This document shows, piece after piece, positions 58,257 through 64,000 of a stretch of 64,000 bases of DNA. The position numbers and the translations under genes are program-made. How positions within the stretch are numbered: the stretch's first letter is position 1; the number at the start of each line of letters is the position of its first letter. The stretch comes from Candidatus Latescibacterota bacterium. Its GTDB lineage: Bacteria > Latescibacterota > UBA2968 > UBA8231. Under the pieces are notes generated by a model. That model was not told the origin of the DNA. It did not search any database and was given only the letters and a program-made list of their open reading frames with translations. The stretch spans positions 1-64,000 of the forward strand of contig OZ241889.1 of NCBI GenBank assembly GCA_965203355.1. Reading direction: 5' to 3'.

Positions 58257-58751
58257 ATGAAGCGCATGGTCATCGTACTAATGGGCGTAACGGGCAGCGG
58301 CAAAACGACGGTAGGCGAACAGCTCGCCCAACAGCTCGGATGGGCTTATTACGACGCCGACGACTTCCACCCGGAAGCCAACGTGTGCAAAATGGCCAGC
58401 GGCACCCCGCTTACCGACGCGGATCGCTGGCCATGGCTAGAAGTCCTTTCTGAAGCCATCGAGCACTGGCTCCGGGCCGAGCAAGGCGCGATACTCGGCT
58501 GCTCTGCGCTCAAACAGAGCTACCGCGACCTCTTGGTCGGCGGACGGCCCGGCGTGCAGATCGTCCATCTTAAAGGCCCAAAGGCACTCATCGCCCGGCG
58601 GCTCAAAACGCGGCAACACCGCTACATGCCGGCCAGCCTGCTCGACAGCCAGTTTGCAACCCTCGAAGAGCCACACGACGCCCTGAGCGTGGACATCGGC
58701 CCGGCGCCAGCAGCCATTGCCGCGTTCATTCGCACGGTCTTGCAGCTCTGA
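58257..58751 (+). CDS. gntK: Gluconokinase
   Basis: MGVTGSGKTTVG, DADDFHP..N..KM..G.PLTD.DRWPWL, CSALK and LLDSQF.TLEEP. Confidence 0.93.
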   Translation: MKRMVIVLMGVTGSGKTTVGEQLAQQLGWAYYDADDFHPEANVCKMASGTPLTDADRWPWLEVLSEAIEHWLRAEQGAILGCSALKQSYRDLLVGGRPGVQIVHLKGPKALIARRLKTRQHRYMPASLLDSQFATLEEPHDALSVDIGPAPAAIAAFIRTVLQL

Positions 58752-60443
58752 TTAGGTGCCCCATCCCAAGTACACAAACAAGTACATCGCCAAAAAAATC
58801 GTCACCAACAACACGCTGCTACTGATGGGCCACGCCCGCGCAAAGACGCCCGCCGGGCCGTGATATTGGCGCACCTTTGCCAGCAGAGCGAAGACCTGTC
58901 GCTGGCCCCAATCGACCCCTCCTGCCCACAGCGGCGCACCCACCCGGACGCACCACCGCGCCGCCCCTATCAGCAGCTTGCGATAGGTCCAGTCCACGTC
59001 GATATTGGCCGAGCGCAGCTCCGGCGGGTAGTTGCCCGTCAGCTTGAGCGCGACAAAGGCCAGCGCCGAAAAGAACAAAAGCTGGAGTTGCAAAACGATG
59101 TGGGTCGCATTGTACGGATCATAGGCAATCGGGTAGGGCAGGAGCCGGTACAGATAGTGCGGGAACGAGCCAACGCCAATACACAGCACCGCCCCAATCC
59201 CCATCGCCCAGAGCATGTTGCGCGGGGCTTCGCGGCAGCGGATCCCGGCGTCGTGGGCGAAGAAGGCAAAGAAGGGAACCTTAATGCCGGCGTACACGCC
59301 TATCGAGGCAAACAGCAACAGCAACCACACCACGAGGTGTCCCTCTTTGGCCGCGGCCTGCGTGATCATGGACTTGCTGATAAAGCCGCTAAAGAGCGGG
59401 AAGGCCGAAATCGACGCGGCTCCGACCATGCAGAAGCCGCAGGTCAACGGCATGGATTTGTACAGCCCCCCGAGATCCGATCCTTTAATCCGGCCAGTCC
59501 GATAGATCACCGCCCCCATCGACATGAACAGGAGTGCCTTGTAGAGGACATGGACAAAGGCGTGGGCCACTGCGCCGTTGACGCCCATGCCCGGCCCCAA
59601 GCCGACGCCAATGACCATAAAGCCGAGCTGGTTGATGATACTGTAGCTCAACACGCGGCGCAGATCGTTTTCAATCACCGCATAGAAGATGGGGAACATC
59701 GCCATGGCCGCGCCGATGTAGAGCAGAAATTCGGTGCCGGCAAAACTGCGCGCCAACACATAGACCGCGGTCTTGGTGCTAAAGCAACTCAAAAAGACCG
59801 CGCCCGTGGGCGTGGATTCCGGGTAGGCATCCACCAGCCACGAGTGCAACAATGGAAAGGCGCATTTAATGCCAACGCCGAGGAAAATCAGCCGCGTCGC
59901 CCAGCTATCAATGCCCAGATGACCCAGTGCCAGCGAACCGGTCTGCTGGTAGTGCCACGCCGTGCCGACCAACAGCAGCAAGCCAGAACTGACCTGGATC
60001 AGCAGGTAGCGCGTACCCGCGGCAATGGCCCTGGCGCTTTGGTTGGCCCAGATCTGAAAAACCGAGCTGATCGCCAACAGCTCCCAGAAGATGAAGAGCA
60101 CCATGAGATCGCCGGCAAAGACCGCGCCCACAGCCGCGCCCGCGTACAGCAAGCCGGTCGCCGATTGCAAGCGGTCGCGCAGGTGCAGCGAAAAGAGTGC
60201 CGCGAGGAAGGCGGCCAAGTGAAAAAGATAGCCAAAGAGCAGGCTGAGTTTATCGACGCGCACCCAGTGCAATTCGCATCCAGCGAGGGAGCCGACCTGA
60301 CTGTAGCCTGCTTGATAGCCGAGGAGATTGTAGAATCCGGCCAGCGGCAACAGGAGCAACGCCACCCGCCGCACGGCCAGCGGCAAGACCGGCAACAAAA
60401 GCCCGCCGAACAGCAGGAAGGCGGCCGGATGCAGACTAATCAT
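58752..60443 (-). CDS. mrpD: Mrp Na+/H+ antiporter subunit D-like
   Basis: FIFWE, FPLLHSWLVDAYPE, LRRVLSYS, HVLYKALLF and SGFISK. Confidence 0.88.
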   Translation of the reverse strand: MISLHPAAFLLFGGLLLPVLPLAVRRVALLLLPLAGFYNLLGYQAGYSQVGSLAGCELHWVRVDKLSLLFGYLFHLAAFLAALFSLHLRDRLQSATGLLYAGAAVGAVFAGDLMVLFIFWELLAISSVFQIWANQSARAIAAGTRYLLIQVSSGLLLLVGTAWHYQQTGSLALGHLGIDSWATRLIFLGVGIKCAFPLLHSWLVDAYPESTPTGAVFLSCFSTKTAVYVLARSFAGTEFLLYIGAAMAMFPIFYAVIENDLRRVLSYSIINQLGFMVIGVGLGPGMGVNGAVAHAFVHVLYKALLFMSMGAVIYRTGRIKGSDLGGLYKSMPLTCGFCMVGAASISAFPLFSGFISKSMITQAAAKEGHLVVWLLLLFASIGVYAGIKVPFFAFFAHDAGIRCREAPRNMLWAMGIGAVLCIGVGSFPHYLYRLLPYPIAYDPYNATHIVLQLQLLFFSALAFVALKLTGNYPPELRSANIDVDWTYRKLLIGAARWCVRVGAPLWAGGVDWGQRQVFALLAKVRQYHGPAGVFARAWPISSSVLLVTIFLAMYLFVYLGWGT

Positions 60444-60696
60444 AGTAATCCTCGCGGCGCATCAGCACCTTGCGCATTTGAGTGGCCGCCAAAACCAAAA
60501 GCACACACGCGACAAACCCGTATATCGCGTAAAAGCCAAACCAGCCCTCAATCGGGAATACGCCTTCGGCAAAGTTCAAATGCCGATGGAAGAGCAGGTC
60601 CGCGCCCAAAAGCAAGGCGCAGAGCGCAAAGAAGATCCAGATCAAACGGCGGACGTTCCTCGGCGGGTCGAATAGGTGTTTTTTCTCTGCGTTCAC
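60436..60696 (-). CDS. Small two-TM protein of the Mrp operon
   Basis: FDPPRNVRRL...FGFYAIYGFVAC..LV...MRREDYYD; overlaps the downstream start. Confidence 0.7.
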   Translation of the reverse strand: MNAEKKHLFDPPRNVRRLIWIFFALCALLLGADLLFHRHLNFAEGVFPIEGWFGFYAIYGFVACVLLVLAATQMRKVLMRREDYYD

Positions 60697-60700
60697 AACC

Positions 60701-62155
60701 TTATCCTCCGATCTGACGGCAGAGGGCGAGGAGCGGGTCGGGATAGAGGAAGAGCAGCAGCCCGCCCAGTGCCGTGCAAACCAGCGGCAAGACGCAGGCC
60801 AATGGGGCTTCCTGTAGGCCGCTTTCTTCATCGGGCGCGGCATAGAAGAAAGCGTTGACGGCCACCGGCAACAGATACGCCATGTTGAGCAGCGAGCTTA
60901 GCACGAGTACGCCAATGGCCGCGTACTGCTCGGCCTCCAGTCCGGCGAGAATGAGGTACCACTTGCTCCAAGCACCGCCCAGCGGCGGCAAGCCGATGAT
61001 GCTCAGCGAGCCAACGAGAAAAGCCCCCATCGTCCACGGCATTTGCCGACCAATACCCTTCATCTCGCTGATCTCGGTTTTGTGCAGAGCAACCGCGATG
61101 GCTCCGGCGCAAAAGAAGAGCGTGATCTTGCCGAAGGCGTGCATGGCAATGTGCAAGCTGCCGCCGAGAATGCCCCAACTATTGGCTAGCGCCGCGCCGA
61201 GCACGATGTAGGCCAGTTGACTGACCGTGGAGTACGCCAAGCGCGCCTTGAGGTTGTCCTTGGTCATCGCCACCAGCGATCCAATGAGAATCGTCGCGCA
61301 GGCCGCGTAGGCCAAATAAGTGCCCAAGCCCGTGTCGGCGAGCAGGTCCATGCCGAAGATATAGACAACGACCTTGAGGATGGTGAAGACGCCAGCCTTG
61401 ACCACGGCGACTGCGTGCAGGAGGGCGCTGACCGGTGCCGGCGCGACCATGGCGGCGGGAAGCCAGCGGTGAAAGGGCATCAGCGCGGCCTTACCCGTGC
61501 CAAAGGCGTAGAGAAAAAGCAGGACGCCGAGGCCCCATGTCGGGGCCTTGCCAGCGAGGATCCCCCCCGGGACGAAGTCGAGGGTGCCGGTGAGATGATA
61601 GGTGGCGACCATCGCCAGCAGCAGGAAGCAGATCGACGTCGAAAGCAGCACGCCCATATAGACGCGGCCCCCGGCTTGGGCATCCGAATTGCGGTGGTGG
61701 GTGACCAGCGGATAGGTCGAAAGCGTCAGTGCCTCATAGCAAAAAAACAGCGTCAACATGTTGCCGGCGAAGGCCACGCCCAAGGCACTGGCGATCGCCA
61801 AGGCAAAAAAGGCGAAGAAGCGGGTCTGGTTTTGCTCGCGGTGCCTCCGCATGTAGCCGATGGAATACACCGAGGTCGCCGTCCACAGCCCAGCGGCGAT
61901 CAGCGCAAAGAGCGCGCCCAGCGGCTCGACGGCAAAGACTAGGGGCAGGCCCGGGAAAACCTCTACCAGATGCACCATGGGCCGGTCCCCGGCCGCGACT
62001 TGGGGCACTAAGGTGCAGACCACGGCAAAAGTGCCTAGCGCGGCGAGCAGGGTCGCGGCTTCGCGCAGATTGGGGCGACAGCCCAACAGGGCGATCAACG
62101 GCACAACGCCCAAAGGCAGGAGCACAGCCGCGACAATGGCCGTCGAAGCACTCAT
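60701..62155 (-). CDS. Mrp antiporter subunit D family protein
   Basis: YEALTLSTYPLV, KAALMPFHRWLP.AM.AP, LHAVAVVKAG and LAYSTVSQL; start ATG 62155. Confidence 0.88.
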   Translation of the reverse strand: MSASTAIVAAVLLPLGVVPLIALLGCRPNLREAATLLAALGTFAVVCTLVPQVAAGDRPMVHLVEVFPGLPLVFAVEPLGALFALIAAGLWTATSVYSIGYMRRHREQNQTRFFAFFALAIASALGVAFAGNMLTLFFCYEALTLSTYPLVTHHRNSDAQAGGRVYMGVLLSTSICFLLLAMVATYHLTGTLDFVPGGILAGKAPTWGLGVLLFLYAFGTGKAALMPFHRWLPAAMVAPAPVSALLHAVAVVKAGVFTILKVVVYIFGMDLLADTGLGTYLAYAACATILIGSLVAMTKDNLKARLAYSTVSQLAYIVLGAALANSWGILGGSLHIAMHAFGKITLFFCAGAIAVALHKTEISEMKGIGRQMPWTMGAFLVGSLSIIGLPPLGGAWSKWYLILAGLEAEQYAAIGVLVLSSLLNMAYLLPVAVNAFFYAAPDEESGLQEAPLACVLPLVCTALGGLLLFLYPDPLLALCRQIGG

Positions 62156-63633
62156 GGCGTAGCGCCCAAGAGCCAGTGTGCGGCCTGGCGGGCGACCCCG
62201 GCCGTCAACGAGGTCTGCACCCCAAAACCGAGGGTAAGCGCGATGAGCAGCCAGGCCGGGATCTGCATCGAGAGCGGGGCTTCGGCCACCGGCTCGGCCC
62301 CTTCGGGCACTGGCCGGAAATAGGCGATCTCGACAAAGCGCCCAATATAGACCAGTGCCAGCAGCGAGCTGAGCACCACCAGCGCGGCCACCGGCCACCA
62401 CCCGTGCTCCAGCGCGCCCAAGATCAAGTACCACTTGCTGACAAAGCCCACGGTAAACGGCACGCCAACCAGCCCCAAGCCAGCGAGGACAAAGGCGCAC
62501 GAAGTCAGCGGCAGGCGCTGGCCCAACCCACTGAGGTCGGCCAGTTGCAGGGAGTGGATGCGGAAGAAGATGCTGCCAGCGGCCAAAAACAGGGCCGCCT
62601 TCATCAGCGCGTGATTGAACAGGTGGACGATACCGGCTGTCAGCCCAGTAGCCGATCCCAAGCTAATGCCGAGCATCACATAGCCGATCTGCGCCACGCT
62701 CGAATAGGCCAACAGCCGCTTGAGATTGGTCTGGTAGATGGCCACGGCCGAGGCGATGAAAATGCCCAAGAGCACCAGCGGTAACAGCAGGACATCGAGG
62801 TGCATAGTCCCCAAGGCAAAGTCCACGCCAAAAATCGTGAAGACAAAGCGCAAAAAGGCGTAGGCTGCAACTTTGGTCGCCGTGGCCGAAATGAAGGCCG
62901 TAACAGCCGAAGGCGCGTACGTGTACGCGTTGGGCAACCAGATGTGCAGCGGAAAAAGCGCCATCTTGAGCGTAAAGCCAACGCTTATAAAGGCAAAGGC
63001 CACGTGGATGGTGCGGGTGTCGGCAACGGCTTTGATGCGCCCGGCGAGATCAGCCATGTTGAGCGTACCCGTCATCGCGTACATCAGGCCGATGCCGATC
63101 AGGATAAAGGTCGCGCCGATCGTGCCCAAGATCAGGTAGTTATACGTCGCCATAAGGGCGCGGCGGTCCCGGCCAAGACTAATCAACCCATACGCCGAAA
63201 GCGACGAGATCTCCATAAACACGAAGACATTAAAGGCGTCGCCGGTAATGGCAATGCCCAGCAGGCCAGCGAGACAAAGCAGAAAGATCGCGCAGAAATA
63301 CGGGCGGCGCTCGGCTTCGATTTCGCGTGTAGTACTCGCCGGTGCGTAGCTCAGGACCACGGCGCCGATTAGCGCCACTAGGAGGATCAAATACGCATTG
63401 AGGGCATCGACCCGAAACTCAATGCCCCACGGTGCGCTCCAGCCGCCCATAGCATAGGAGATGGGGCCGGCCGAGAGGACTTGCTGCAACAGCAGCGCGG
63501 CCAGCCCCAGCGTACCCCAGCCGACGGCCACGACAAACGGCCATAGCAACTGCCGCGGACGCAGCAATAGGCAGAGCGGCGCAGCGACCAGCGGCAAGAC
63601 GATCTGCAAGGCGGGTAAATGGCCGGCGATCAC
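62152..63633 (-). CDS. Mrp antiporter subunit D family protein
   Basis: GDAFNVFVFMEI, LFPLHIWLP.AY, LLAYSSVAQIGY, NHALMKAALF and GFVSKW. Confidence 0.9.
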   Translation of the reverse strand: MIAGHLPALQIVLPLVAAPLCLLLRPRQLLWPFVVAVGWGTLGLAALLLQQVLSAGPISYAMGGWSAPWGIEFRVDALNAYLILLVALIGAVVLSYAPASTTREIEAERRPYFCAIFLLCLAGLLGIAITGDAFNVFVFMEISSLSAYGLISLGRDRRALMATYNYLILGTIGATFILIGIGLMYAMTGTLNMADLAGRIKAVADTRTIHVAFAFISVGFTLKMALFPLHIWLPNAYTYAPSAVTAFISATATKVAAYAFLRFVFTIFGVDFALGTMHLDVLLLPLVLLGIFIASAVAIYQTNLKRLLAYSSVAQIGYVMLGISLGSATGLTAGIVHLFNHALMKAALFLAAGSIFFRIHSLQLADLSGLGQRLPLTSCAFVLAGLGLVGVPFTVGFVSKWYLILGALEHGWWPVAALVVLSSLLALVYIGRFVEIAYFRPVPEGAEPVAEAPLSMQIPAWLLIALTLGFGVQTSLTAGVARQAAHWLLGATP

Positions 63634-63986
63634 GAACCCTCTTCCCGGCGTTGGATTTCGTCTTCTTCGATGGTCCCGTAGGCCGCGCGAATGCGCACCA
63701 CTAGCGCCAATCCCACCGCGGTGGTAGCAATGCCGACGACAATGGCGGTGAGGATGAGGACGTGGGGCAGGGGGTTGGAGTACGCGGTCGCGCCTTCGAC
63801 GAGAATGGGGGCGGTGCCGCCCTCGACTTTGCTCAGGCTGATGTAGAGCAAAAAAACCGAAGTCTGGAAGATATTGAGGCCGACCAGCTTGCGGATCAGA
63901 TTGCCGCGGGCAATGACGTTGTAGAAGCCGGCCATCATCAGGAAAATGACGATCCAGTAGCTGTACAGGCCCAAGAACGAACTCAT
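63630..63986 (-). CDS. mrpC: Mrp antiporter subunit C
   Basis: NLIRKLVGL, NPLPHVLILTAIVVG and YGTIEEDEI. Confidence 0.93.
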   Translation of the reverse strand: MSSFLGLYSYWIVIFLMMAGFYNVIARGNLIRKLVGLNIFQTSVFLLYISLSKVEGGTAPILVEGATAYSNPLPHVLILTAIVVGIATTAVGLALVVRIRAAYGTIEEDEIQRREEGS

Positions 63987-64000
63987 GGCCGCTCTCGGCT

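Noticed and set aside
58860-60716. 618-aa plus-strand ORF
   Set aside because: Antisense shadow of mrpD in high-GC DNA; no recognisable motifs

Overview
GC-rich bacterial chromosomal segment. It is mostly housekeeping and metabolic genes: pilM-like/coaD/dprA, feoAB, a cluster of GT-C membrane glycosyltransferases with TPR tails plus GtrA, anmK, an M16C peptidase, tRNA-Phe, murA, a doubled UxaA, hflX, gntK and part of an Mrp antiporter operon. The centre holds a complete type I-C CRISPR-Cas locus (cas3-cas5-cas8c[cas11]-cas7-cas4-cas1-cas2) and an array at 41754-49578 with 119 repeats and 118 spacers by my hand count. The most notable signal is CRISPR repeats placed outside the array, which suggests RNA-based self-regulation. 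(1) A mini-CRISPR between cas3 and cas5, with its own putative promoter and terminator, has a 28-nt spacer that partially matches the adjacent cas5 promoter -10 region right after a TTC PAM. (2) A solitary near-perfect repeat sits between the cas1 stop and the cas2 start. (3) The array's last repeat abuts the start of an OSGIN-like flavoprotein gene. The spacers form families that hit variable short-tandem-repeat tracts and homologous coding motifs of unidentified elements. All calls come from reading the sequence; no database searches were run.
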